From assembly GCA_963749155.1 (NCBI GenBank), contig CAVVLO010000002.1, positions 1,184,001 to 1,248,000 of the forward strand: 64,000 bases of DNA, in the 5' to 3' direction. How positions within the stretch are numbered: position 1 is the first letter of the stretch; every line of letters starts with the position of its first letter. Below are positions 20,147 to 29,720 of the stretch, piece by piece. The DNA is from an uncultured Armatimonadia bacterium (lineage in GTDB: Bacteria > Armatimonadota > Zipacnadia > CAVVLO01). The position numbers and the translations under genes were made by a program. The notes under the pieces are model-generated. The model did no database searches. It saw nothing but the letters and a program-made list of their open reading frames with translations, and was not told where the DNA came from.

Positions 20147-22046
20147 ATGAAATTACTACTGATAACTACCTTCATGTCGCTGGCTTGGCTTGCCGGTGCC
20201 GATATTGAGAAGACTTCCTTCGGATTGTGCAATCCCTGGACAGGCGTCGACCAGCTTGGTGTTGGTTTCATCCGGTGTGGCGCTGGCAGCGACGACTTTG
20301 GGCTGGCCTGAACTCCAGCCTGAGCCTGGCGCGTACCTGTTTGAGAAAGGCCAGCGCGAACTCGAATGGATTCAGTCTCTTGGTGCTGAACCACTGGTGA
20401 TTCTGGGCTACACTCCTGCCTGGCAAGCGAGCGATCCAGCCTTGCCCCCTCGCGACCTGATGAGTTTGGCTACCTTCACTCGCGATCTGGTAGCCCACTT
20501 CAAAAACGACATCCACTGGTGGGAAGTCTGGAACGAACCCAACATTGAGTTCTTCCAAGGCAGCAAGTTGGATTATATAGAGTTGTACAAAGTGGCTGCT
20601 AGCGCCGCAAAAACTGGCGATCCTGAAGCCAAAGTTGTGCTCGGTGGTCTGGCAGGGCCCGATGTGCCCTTTCTCAACTTCTGCTACCAATATGGCCTTG
20701 CCGCCTGGTGTGATGCCGTAAACTTCCACCCCTATCAATGGGATCCAACCCTCAATGATGGTTGGATGCTGGATATGGTCACGAGTATGCGGCGCTGTAT
20801 GCTCGAACAGGATCACGAGGTTCCCCTTTGGGTAACCGAGTTCGGCTGGAGCACGGGAGATACTCGTATCACCGAGCAGCTCCAGGCGCGCCTTCTCGTT
20901 CAGACCTATGTTACTTTGCTTGCTCACACCAAGCCTTACAACCTGGGCCCGCTCTTCTGGTTTACCTCGCGAGACTGGGGTGGTCCAAATTACGGCCTGA
21001 TTGCAACCGACGATCGCCAGAAACCCGCTTTTCACGCGTACGCTCAGCTAACCAGTAGGCTAGCAGGCGCCCAATATGTAGGGAAACTGACACTTACCGA
21101 GCCTGTCCGAGGCTATCTCTTCAAATCCGATGATGTTTACACTGTAGTACTCTGGACTGCCGATGGCTCTGAACAGCAAGTCTCTCTGGAAGTGACTCCC
21201 TCTACTCTTACACCGCTGCTTGGCGAGGCTGCACCCAACACAGCAGCAACTATTACAGTGATCGGAGACCCTCTTTACGCCACTCTCACTAGCCCGGTGC
21301 CAGCAGTCTTGCCAGAGCCACTGGCGATACAACCAGTTAGGAAGCAAACCAAAGGCTTGACAAGTGTATGGGCCCATCCTCTGGCCGAGTCAGGCAGCGA
21401 GACTTTCTGGTTCCGCCCAGGCGTTACAAAACCACTGCGCCTGCGTGTCTATAACTTCGAGTCCACATCACAACAGGTTGCTCTTCAATTGGACATACCA
21501 GGGGCAAAACCAGTCAGTTGTGACACCTTGGTGCCTTCCTGGCAGGTGACAGAAGTCTCCTTGCCTGTTCTTTTGCCTGCTGACACCCCACCTGGTTCTA
21601 TGGAACTGAGGTTAACCGGAGACTGCCAGGCAGGTGAATTACTCCCCCTCGTAATACCCTGTTTCGTAAACGAAGGGCAGGTTATTGCTTTTACGAATAA
21701 TAGTTATATAGAACGAGGCTATCTTGATTCCGATGGCAACGACAGTGGTTGTGCTGCGTCAGTCAGGTTCGGTAGTGGCTGGCAATATGAGTTCGATCTA
21801 TCAAAAGCTGTCACTGCCCGCGCCGTTCTGGATGTAGGTGCACATATGGCTAATCACTGGGAAGTGCAGGCCTCGGCGGATGGCGCCGAGTGGACGAAAC
21901 TAATGGAGGGCGATTCCTGGCGTTCCAGGCATGAAGTGGATCTCTCCCGCTGGGCAGGCGGTCCACTTGTTCTGCGCATCCAGGGCCAGAACTGCCAACT
22001 TGGCTCTCTGGAGCTCTGGCTTACAAGTACTGCTGGCTTGGATTAG
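20147..22046 (+). CDS. Secreted clan GH-A glycoside hydrolase (GH39/GH5-like), +1 frameshift near 20288
   Basis: Signal peptide MKLLLITTFMSLAWLAGA starts at ATG 20147 and joins the 20190 ORF by removing one base. Catalytic WEVWNEPN and WVTEFGW. About 632 aa when joined. Confidence 0.8.
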
Positions 22047-23047
22047 GTCATACGAGCCAGCATCTCGCGTGTGACCAGTCCAATCGGCGTCTCGCCTCGC
22101 ACGAGGAAACGTTCGATATCTCGCGCAAGGAATAGTCCCATTCTTTTCACCATATCACGATCAGCGCCGCCAGCTCGATGGGGAGTAAGTACCACATTCG
22201 GCAGCTTGCGCCAGGGTGAATCGTCTGGAAGAGGCTCCTGCCAATAAACGTCCAGCGCAACCCGAATACGCCCCGTCGTCGCCGCTTCTAGCAGGGGGGC
22301 TTCTTCGATGACATGCGCCCGGGCTGTGTTCACAAGCGTTGCATTGTCCTTCATCCGCCCAATCTGTTCTGCGCTGATAAGACCACGCGTCTCCTCTGTT
22401 AACCCGCTGTGAACTGACACCACATCCGCCCGTTCAAACAACTCGTTCAAGCTAACGCGCTCCGCCTTGAACCTGGCGAGTTTTTCGTCCGATACATAGG
22501 GATCGAAAACGATATACTTCGCCCCGAAAGGTCTCAGCAACTCGGCGACTCGTGCTCCAATAAACCCGAATCCAACAAAACCTAGTGTCTTCCCGAACAG
22601 GTCGAAGCCTTCCGGTATTGTCCGGGTGGCACTTGCTCCCTGCTGCTTCATCGCCGTGTCGAGTTGCGGGATGAAGCGCAGCGCGGAGAAAAGCAATCCG
22701 ACACACAGTTCTGCGACCGAAATGGCAAGCTCGGGCGAGGCATTGGAATACAATATGCCCCTGTCCATTCCATACTCGGGTGCGATATTCTTGAGCGATT
22801 GGCCATACAGAGTGACCAGCTTCAGATTTGGCGCTGCATCATAGTTGGCAGGGGTTATCTTGCTGTCGCTCCAGCCTGTAATCACTACTGCAGCCTCTGC
22901 CATCACTTCGGACTTGGCCACTTCGTCAAGCCCTTTTTCCTGCTCATTGAAAACTACCTCGCCTGCGGATTGAAGCACTCCCAGTGCTTCTTCGGTGAAC
23001 AGGTTTGCGACCGCAGCCCGAGGCTGCCCTACGAATATCTTGGCCAT
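22043..23047 (-). CDS. D-isomer-specific 2-hydroxyacid dehydrogenase family protein
   Basis: GFVGFGFIG, VNTAR, ALDVYWQEP, LTPHRAG. Confidence 0.92.
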   Translation of the reverse strand: MAKIFVGQPRAAVANLFTEEALGVLQSAGEVVFNEQEKGLDEVAKSEVMAEAAVVITGWSDSKITPANYDAAPNLKLVTLYGQSLKNIAPEYGMDRGILYSNASPELAISVAELCVGLLFSALRFIPQLDTAMKQQGASATRTIPEGFDLFGKTLGFVGFGFIGARVAELLRPFGAKYIVFDPYVSDEKLARFKAERVSLNELFERADVVSVHSGLTEETRGLISAEQIGRMKDNATLVNTARAHVIEEAPLLEAATTGRIRVALDVYWQEPLPDDSPWRKLPNVVLTPHRAGGADRDMVKRMGLFLARDIERFLVRGETPIGLVTREMLARMT

Positions 23048-23098
23048 CTTGTGCTTCCCCCCTGGAACCTGCGCTAACATTATTGTATAACACAATAC

Positions 23099-24961
23099 TT
23101 ATAAGAGTCCCTGGGCTCGAATATATTCTAGCCACCACTCCAGCCGGGGCTTGATGAAGGTCTTGCTTCGTGTAGGTTTCCATACCTGGTCGAAAGTGTA
23201 AGCCTGGAAAAACTTCCTGTCCGCCATCACAGGCCAGAGGATATCCGCTAGCAGGTCGGTATCCGAAGTCTTCTGCGCCGCCGCAATCAGTTGCGAAAAA
23301 ACCTCGGTGCTCTCCTGCAGAGCCTGAATAAATCCTGTGGGGAACGGCCCTTTGAGCCCGCCAAATTGGCGCGACGCTGAGTGGATGGCAGCAGCCTTGT
23401 GTTTATGCGCCCCTTCTTCGAGGTGCCATAAGCCAGTGAGTAGTCGATCTCGATCTGCAACAAATCTGGCGCCCGGCAACACCTGTTGAGCATATTGGCG
23501 TAGTATGGAGTTCAGGTCAGGGCGCGCGCTCATCATTGACTTGATAAAGACGAAATCGGCCGCCGATTGCGTGTATGGTGTCAGACGATACCCAAGCATC
23601 CCTGCTCCGCCCTGCTCTCGTGCTTCCCCAGCAGCTTTGGTGCTTTCACGGAATTGGGTCTTGGGAAGCACATTCCACCCCTCTCGACCGTCTTCTGGGT
23701 CCAGGAAGAATCCAAAATGCAGTGGCTTCAATCCTCGCTCGAGCGCTTTATGCCAGGTAGTGGAGCCGACTGCTGGTACACTTATCAGACTGCCAGGCGC
23801 GCATTCATCCAGCATCACATCGACTACTTTTGGACTGGCCGCAAAACCTTGGTCTCCGTGAGATTGCTCCTCGACCTGCCACATTGATAGCAGCAATTCC
23901 TGCCCGGGACGTAGCAACTGCCGATACCGGCTTATGACTTTTGGCGCCGTCCGCTCGAAGGGATTACACGAGGAGCACCTGCAAAAACCTGGGTCGTGGA
24001 ACCAAAGCATATAGCCGTCTACGGCATCTGCGAAGTATTCAAAGTTGTGCTCTGCATACCGCATAAGCAGCGACTCGGCCTTGTCCCAGCAAAAGGTGAT
24101 ACCTGGATATTGGGGCCCTGGCGCTCTCCATTCGGCATGGGTATACCACAGAGGTGGAGGCGCCAGATTATAGGAATAGCCAAGTAGCACCTTCAATCCC
24201 ATCAGTCGGGCATAAGAGAGGGCATCTTTTAGTATCTCGTATCTGATGCGGTTGGTGTGGGTATCTTGTTGCCAGGGCACATAGTATTGCTGAGGCCAGA
24301 GATAGACTTTGAGCACATTGGCCCCTGCCGCTTGAAGTAGCCTTATGCACTCTTTCCACTCGTCCGGTGTGAAGGTATCTGCTGTGAGATGCCTCAGTCC
24401 ATAGGGGATAGGGTGGATATACATCCCGCGATACTCAAGCGCCTCTCGTGTATCGAAATCGAGTTGCATTTTCCACTGCTGGCCATCGTCTGTCTCACCC
24501 GAGAAACGATAACCCAGTGTTGCATAGAGATGAGTCGCCCGCAGATTGTCTTTGTAAACGCTAAGTCCAAGTCCAGGATATCCCGCGCGCTCTGCGTAAA
24601 CGCCAAGCAGCCTCATCAGCTCGCGACCAAGTTTTTGATTCTGCATCGAATCTGCAACCGCTATCCCAACGGTTGGATAGGATGGCTCTGTATCTCGATA
24701 CCTGAAAGACGCCTGCCCTACAAGAATCTCATCGGCGCCAGAGCCTTCCAGGGCGATAATTCTGAGGCTACGCGCGTGTTCATCGCGCACCATCGAACGC
24801 ACGTGGTCCAAATCAAAAGGATGAGGTGAAAACCAGGCGCTGGACTGGATTCCAAGCCCATTCAGGAAGGTATACAACTGAGGCGCGTCTGCAGGGCAAG
24901 CCTTGCGCACGCGCACCTCATGGCCTCCAGCAGTCACGAACGTCCTTGGCTCGAAATCCAA
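23099..24961 (-). CDS. GNAT N-acetyltransferase fused to an uncharacterised GH-like domain
   Basis: N-terminal GNAT (VGIAVADSMQNQKLG, N-x-RA-x-LY-x-LGY). C-terminal ~440 aa with RGMYIH and DPGFCRCSSC. TTG start placed behind GGGGAGG. Confidence 0.75.
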   Translation of the reverse strand: MDFEPRTFVTAGGHEVRVRKACPADAPQLYTFLNGLGIQSSAWFSPHPFDLDHVRSMVRDEHARSLRIIALEGSGADEILVGQASFRYRDTEPSYPTVGIAVADSMQNQKLGRELMRLLGVYAERAGYPGLGLSVYKDNLRATHLYATLGYRFSGETDDGQQWKMQLDFDTREALEYRGMYIHPIPYGLRHLTADTFTPDEWKECIRLLQAAGANVLKVYLWPQQYYVPWQQDTHTNRIRYEILKDALSYARLMGLKVLLGYSYNLAPPPLWYTHAEWRAPGPQYPGITFCWDKAESLLMRYAEHNFEYFADAVDGYMLWFHDPGFCRCSSCNPFERTAPKVISRYRQLLRPGQELLLSMWQVEEQSHGDQGFAASPKVVDVMLDECAPGSLISVPAVGSTTWHKALERGLKPLHFGFFLDPEDGREGWNVLPKTQFRESTKAAGEAREQGGAGMLGYRLTPYTQSAADFVFIKSMMSARPDLNSILRQYAQQVLPGARFVADRDRLLTGLWHLEEGAHKHKAAAIHSASRQFGGLKGPFPTGFIQALQESTEVFSQLIAAAQKTSDTDLLADILWPVMADRKFFQAYTFDQVWKPTRSKTFIKPRLEWWLEYIRAQGLL

Positions 24962-24979
24962 CCGGCAGGCCCTCCCCCT

Positions 24980-25020
24980 AAAAAACAACTGGCCAGACTG
25001 AGATTCAGCCTGACCAGTAG
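24980..25020 (-). terminator. Rho-independent terminator after pheA-paaK-ACT
   Basis: Minus strand ACTGGTCAGGCTGA-ATC-TCAGTCTGGCCAGT followed by TGTTTTTT. Confidence 0.75.
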
Positions 25021-25041
25021 CTTTCCTGCCCGGATTATCTT

Positions 25042-25467
25042 CTAGAGGCTGTAAAGCTCCTCATCACTCAGCATCCTGACGCCCTCGGGCAATCCTATGC
25101 TCGAGACTTCCACCCCTGGAGGTACTTCGAAAATCATCAGACTCTCGTCATCTTTATTCAAAGAAATCCCCAGGGCTTCATCAACATTCACTCCATGCTC
25201 ACCTACCGAAGCGGCAAGTGGCGCCAGACCGCAGTCCTGTTTGCACGCAAGCGCCATAACCTGTTTCTTCTGCACCGTCAGATGGGCCGCGCGCAGCAGG
25301 TCGAAACTTATGTCAGGGTCTGAAGTAATCAGCTTGATAACGCCAAACTCACCCAGGCTCGAAACCCGGAAAGCCTTGATACGTATGTTCCCCTCATCCA
25401 GCAGTGACGTTACTTTCTGGATGCGTCCTGGCTTGTTCTCCACGAACACCGAGATTTCGTAAGCCAT
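25042..25467 (-). CDS. ACT domain protein (paaK-associated)
   Basis: ISVFVENKPGR motif; this family commonly neighbours phenylacetate-CoA ligases. Confidence 0.88.
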   Translation of the reverse strand: MAYEISVFVENKPGRIQKVTSLLDEGNIRIKAFRVSSLGEFGVIKLITSDPDISFDLLRAAHLTVQKKQVMALACKQDCGLAPLAASVGEHGVNVDEALGISLNKDDESLMIFEVPPGVEVSSIGLPEGVRMLSDEELYSL

Positions 25468-25477
25468 ATGTCCCCCC

Positions 25478-26798
25478 TCACTTCTCTCTGCGATCGATAA
25501 GCCGCTTTGCTTTACCCTCGGTCACTGGCAAGCTGTCTGGTTCAACAAGCTGCACTACGGGTGTCACAAGCAAGTCAGACCTTAAGCTCTCTATAAGCTC
25601 GCTGCGCAACCGTTCCAAATCCGCCAGATCGCCGGTGAAAAATTCTTCCTGTACCTCTACCTGCACAACAAGCTCATCCATATAATCCTTGGTCTCCAGG
25701 ATTATCAGGTAGTTGCTTCCAACGCCAGGCGTATCCATCAGCACCCGCTCTATCTGCATCGGGAACAGATTGACACCTTTTACTATTACCATATCATCCG
25801 TCCGCCCGGTGATCCGGTCAAGCCTGCGCGTTGTCCGGCCACAAGGGCAGTCTCCAGGAAGTATCCTGGTAATGTCGCCAATCCGGTACCTGATTAGGGG
25901 CATCGCCTCGCGAGTTAGTGTGGTCATCACCAACTCGCCTGGTTCTCCATCAGGCACAGGTTCGTCTGTGTCTGGATCGACCAGTTCCATCAGGTAAGCA
26001 TCTTCCCATAGGTGCATCCCGGCCTTCTCGGGACACTCGAAAGCTACACCCGGCCCGCACATCTCGGACATCCCATACGAGTTGTAAGCATCCAGGTCGA
26101 GGGCTTCCTCGATTTTCCTTCGCGTTGCTTCAGTATGAGGCTCGGCACCAATAAAGGCGCGAGTGAGTTGCAAGTCCTTGTGGACATCGATGCCTTCTTC
26201 GGCTGCCACCCGTGCAAGCCTCAGGGCATAACTGGGCAATATGTGAACCGCTGTCGTGCCGAAGGTCTGCATCAGATAGAGTTGGCGTTCTGTGTTGCCC
26301 GAGCTTGCCGGGATAACCAGCGCGCCCAGCTTCTCAGCCCCATAATGCAGTCCCAGGCCGCCGGTAAACAGCCCATACCCCATCATATTCTGGAAGACAT
26401 CAGTTGGGCGCATCCCTGTCATCCAGCAAGCGCGCGCCACCAGGTCAGTCCAGTTGTCTAAGATCCTTCTGGGTATGGAACACAGCTATTGCCTTGCCAG
26501 TACTGCCCGAAGAATGATGCAGACGTACGACTTCTTCCTGGGGCACTGCCAAAAATCCATATGGGAAATAATCGCGCAAGTCCTGCTTCGTAGTGAAAGG
26601 CAATTTGCGCACATCGGCCAGGCTCTTGATGTCATCAGGTTCAAGGCCAATCTGCTTGAATCTCTGGGCATACGCGGGCGCCTTGAGGGCGCGTGCCAGA
26701 GTCTCTCTTAGCCTTGCTAGCTGCAACTGCTCGAGCCGTTCGCGAGGCATCGTCTCGATTGCTTCATCCCAATACACAGACACTGACTTCAACTCCAT
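25478..26798 (-). CDS. paaK: Phenylacetate-CoA ligase family protein, frameshift near 26460
   Basis: LPFTTKQDLR and HSSGSTG in the first ORF; YGLFTGGLG, YGMSE, GRTDDM in the second. Removing one base gives HTQKDLDNWTDLVAR, 439 aa. Confidence 0.88.
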
Positions 26799-26805
26799 TA
26801 CAGGC

Positions 26806-27828
26806 TTAACTCTCTGATGCAGGATAGGTGCCTAGCTGCTTCAGGAAGAAGCATTCCGGTTGCATCGCCTCGAGCGCCTTGCTTACCTTCTCGTCATCAG
26901 GCGCTCCTTCAATATCTACAAAGAAGACATAGGTCCACGCCATGTTGCGCGTCGGTCTTGACTCAATCATCGTCATATTGACGCCATAATCGTGAAACGG
27001 CTTCAAGCTGTCAAACAAGGCGCCAGGTTTATGCTGGGTGGCGAACACCAGGGAGGTCTTCAGTTCCTCAGAGGACTGCTGCGCCGCCACCCGGGCCTCT
27101 GGCTTGGCCAACACCAAAAAACGTGTCGCATTACCAGGAATATCCTCTATTGAGCGCGCAAGCACTTCCAGCCCATACTCGGCCGCCGCTAATTCATTGC
27201 CAATTGCTGCCCCGTCGCTCTCGCTGGCCGCCAGTTCGGCGCCCTTGGCCGTGCTGGCAACAGGCACCAGCTCCGCTTGCGGCAGGTGGGTAGCCAGCCA
27301 CTTGCGCGCCTGGGCAAAAGCCTGGGGATGAGAATATACCCGCTTCACAGCTTCAAGATCGCCCTGTCCCAGAAGATTCTGGTGGACTTCTAGCCGTTGT
27401 TCCCCAACGATTGCCACTTCATGGGACAGAAACGAGTCCAGTGTCCAGGTCTCGACCCCCTGGATTGCATTTTCTACCGGCACCAATCCCCGCTCGAGGT
27501 TACCCTTCTCAACTTCAGCGAAGACTTCTTCAATGGTGGGCAGAGGTTTTAGAACAACGGTTGGCCCGGCATAGGCCAGGGTGGCCTGGTGAGAGAAAGA
27601 AGCAAGTGGCCCGAGAAATCCATACCGCATGGGAGCGCGCCTGGCTTCACTTGCTTGCGAAAGCAACCTTAGCAACGCCTCGGCGAGGGGTAATGGAATC
27701 GTTGCCCCGCTCTGTGGTAAAATGGCCCTAGCGTCGCGGGAGATGGAACTGCCAGTTTTTTGACACTCTTCCAGCAGTTCTCCTGCGAGTTTCAGTATCG
27801 CTTGCTCAAGTTGGCCTGGATCTGCCAT
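26806..27828 (-). CDS. pheA: Prephenate dehydratase with degenerate N-terminal region
   Basis: FLGP, VPVENA, SHPQAFAQ, NATRF, ACT motif IESRP. Confidence 0.92.
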   Translation of the reverse strand: MADPGQLEQAILKLAGELLEECQKTGSSISRDARAILPQSGATIPLPLAEALLRLLSQASEARRAPMRYGFLGPLASFSHQATLAYAGPTVVLKPLPTIEEVFAEVEKGNLERGLVPVENAIQGVETWTLDSFLSHEVAIVGEQRLEVHQNLLGQGDLEAVKRVYSHPQAFAQARKWLATHLPQAELVPVASTAKGAELAASESDGAAIGNELAAAEYGLEVLARSIEDIPGNATRFLVLAKPEARVAAQQSSEELKTSLVFATQHKPGALFDSLKPFHDYGVNMTMIESRPTRNMAWTYVFFVDIEGAPDDEKVSKALEAMQPECFFLKQLGTYPASES

Positions 27829-27856
27829 TTGTCAGCCTCACACGAGGTATTACGGC

Positions 27857-27886
27857 ATAATAGGCAGTGCCCCTTCAGGCTGTCAA
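27857..27886 (-). promoter_or_regulatory. Sigma70-type promoter for pheA-paaK-ACT
   Basis: Minus strand TTGACA-N18-TATTAT. Confidence 0.6.
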
Positions 27887-27904
27887 GCAAGTCGGGGGGA
27901 CAGA

Positions 27905-28762
27905 ATGACCCTGTTCAAGAAACGCAAGGCCAGACAGACCGATGCAGGGCTTGCTTATCAGATGCCAGGTGACTTGTGGCAGAAATGCCCCAAGTGCGGC
28001 GAACTCATATACAACAAAGATCTCGAACGCAACCTCAAAGTCTGCACCAAGTGCAACGCTCATCTGCGCCTGACTGCGCGCGAGCGTATTGCTTTGTTGC
28101 TTGATGAAGGCAGTTTCGATGAGTTCGAGACTGGTCTCAAGACTCAGAACCCACTCAAATTCCCTGGTTACGCCGAGAAACTCAAGAGCGACCAGGCTAA
28201 AACTGGTGAGAGTGAGACCTGCCTTGTTGGTAAAGCGCGTCTTGCGCGCATCCCTTGTGTCTTTGCTGTCACTGACTTCCATTTTATGGCTGGCAGTATG
28301 GCTTCCGTTGTCGGTGAAAAAATCGCCCGGTCCTTCGAGCATGCCATTAAGCTAGGCCTTCCCCTCATCGCGGTATCCGGCTCCGGTGGCGGCGCTCGTA
28401 TGCAGGAAGGCATTCTCTCTCTGATGCAGATGGCCAAAACCGCCAGTGCTGTCGGCAAGTTCAATGAAGCTGGCCTGCTCTATATTTGCGTGCTCACTGA
28501 CCCTACTATGGCGGGGGTCTACGCTTCCTGGGCCTCTCTTGGTGACATTACTATCGCCGAGCCTGGCACTATGGTTGGCTTCACTGGCCCGCGCCTTATC
28601 CAGCAAAACCTCAATATCAAGCTCCCCAAAGAGCTCCATACTGCCGAATATCAGATGCAGCGCGGGATGATTGACCTCGTCCTGCCCAGGCGCGACCTCA
28701 AGGACACGCTTGCCCGCTTGCTGTCTTGTGCTGGCTATACTGCCGCCGCGGAGGAAGCCTGA
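27905..28762 (+). CDS. accD: Acetyl-CoA carboxylase carboxyltransferase beta
   Basis: LWQKCPKC...CTKC zinc finger, GSMASVVGEK, GGARMQEG. Confidence 0.97.
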   Translation: MTLFKKRKARQTDAGLAYQMPGDLWQKCPKCGELIYNKDLERNLKVCTKCNAHLRLTARERIALLLDEGSFDEFETGLKTQNPLKFPGYAEKLKSDQAKTGESETCLVGKARLARIPCVFAVTDFHFMAGSMASVVGEKIARSFEHAIKLGLPLIAVSGSGGGARMQEGILSLMQMAKTASAVGKFNEAGLLYICVLTDPTMAGVYASWASLGDITIAEPGTMVGFTGPRLIQQNLNIKLPKELHTAEYQMQRGMIDLVLPRRDLKDTLARLLSCAGYTAAAEEA

Positions 28763-29718
28763 TGAAAAAATCCTGGGAAGAGCTGGAGCGTCCCCTCGAG
28801 CAGCTCGAACTGCAGATTGCGGATTTGCGCGCCTTGATGGCCTCCTCCAAGGCTGACCATACTGCCGACATCGAGCGGCTTGAAGCAGCTCGCGATGAAG
28901 TCCTGGTTCGGATCTTCAAAGACCTCGATGCTTATGACCGCGTATTGCTCGCGCGTCATCCGCGCCGCCCCTATACTCTTGATTATGTAAACGCCCTTTT
29001 CGACGACTTCATCGAATTGCATGGCGACCGCCGTTATGGCGATGACGGAGCCGTCATCGGTGGCCTGGCCAAATTTGAGGGGCAGGGCTGCGTCGTAATC
29101 GGTCACCAAAAAGGCCGCACCACTAAAGAGCGCCAGTTCCGCAACTTTGGAAGTGCCAAGCCCGAGGGCTACCGCAAGGCTATCCGCCTGGTTAATCTGG
29201 CCGAAAAGTTGAAACTACCTGTTTTCTCTTTTGTTGATACTCCTGCCGCCGACTGCTTGCAGGAAGCCGAAGAACGCGGCATCTCCCAAGCTATCGCCGA
29301 GTGTCAGATGATTATGGCCAGAGCCAGGATCCCCATCATCGTGACCGTAATTGGCGAAGGGGGAAGCGGTGGGGCCATCGGTATCGCCGTCGGCAACACC
29401 ATTATGATGCAGGAATTTGCCGTTTACTCGGTTATCCCGCCGGAGAGCTGCGCATCCATCATTTTCCGCGATAATGCCCGCGCTGGCGAGGCGGCCGAAC
29501 TCCTCAAGCTCACCGCGAACGATGCCCTCAGTTTCAGCGTGGTTGACGAGATAATCAAAGAGCCTCTCGGCGGTGCCCATCGTGATTTCCTGGGCGCCTC
29601 GAAGCTACTCAAACCACACCTGACAAGCGCCCTCAAGGCTCTCATCAAGCAAGATGGCGAAGCTCTTGTAGAGCACCGGTATCAGCGTTTCCTCAAACTC
29701 GGTGAATGGACCGAGTAG
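28762..29718 (+). CDS. accA: Acetyl-CoA carboxylase carboxyltransferase alpha
   Basis: ARHPRRP, ELHGDR, PEGYRKA, GEGGSGGA. Confidence 0.97.
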   Translation: MKKSWEELERPLEQLELQIADLRALMASSKADHTADIERLEAARDEVLVRIFKDLDAYDRVLLARHPRRPYTLDYVNALFDDFIELHGDRRYGDDGAVIGGLAKFEGQGCVVIGHQKGRTTKERQFRNFGSAKPEGYRKAIRLVNLAEKLKLPVFSFVDTPAADCLQEAEERGISQAIAECQMIMARARIPIIVTVIGEGGSGGAIGIAVGNTIMMQEFAVYSVIPPESCASIIFRDNARAGEAAELLKLTANDALSFSVVDEIIKEPLGGAHRDFLGASKLLKPHLTSALKALIKQDGEALVEHRYQRFLKLGEWTE

Positions 29719-29720
29719 AC

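Noticed and set aside
19999..20230. Possible glycine or lysine riboswitch upstream of gcvT
   Set aside because: Only fragmentary resemblance (CAGTCTTTTACC, CCTTCGG). The CCTTCGG part falls inside the signal-peptide coding region of the divergent GH gene, and the conserved CTCTCAGG/GGAGA cores are absent.
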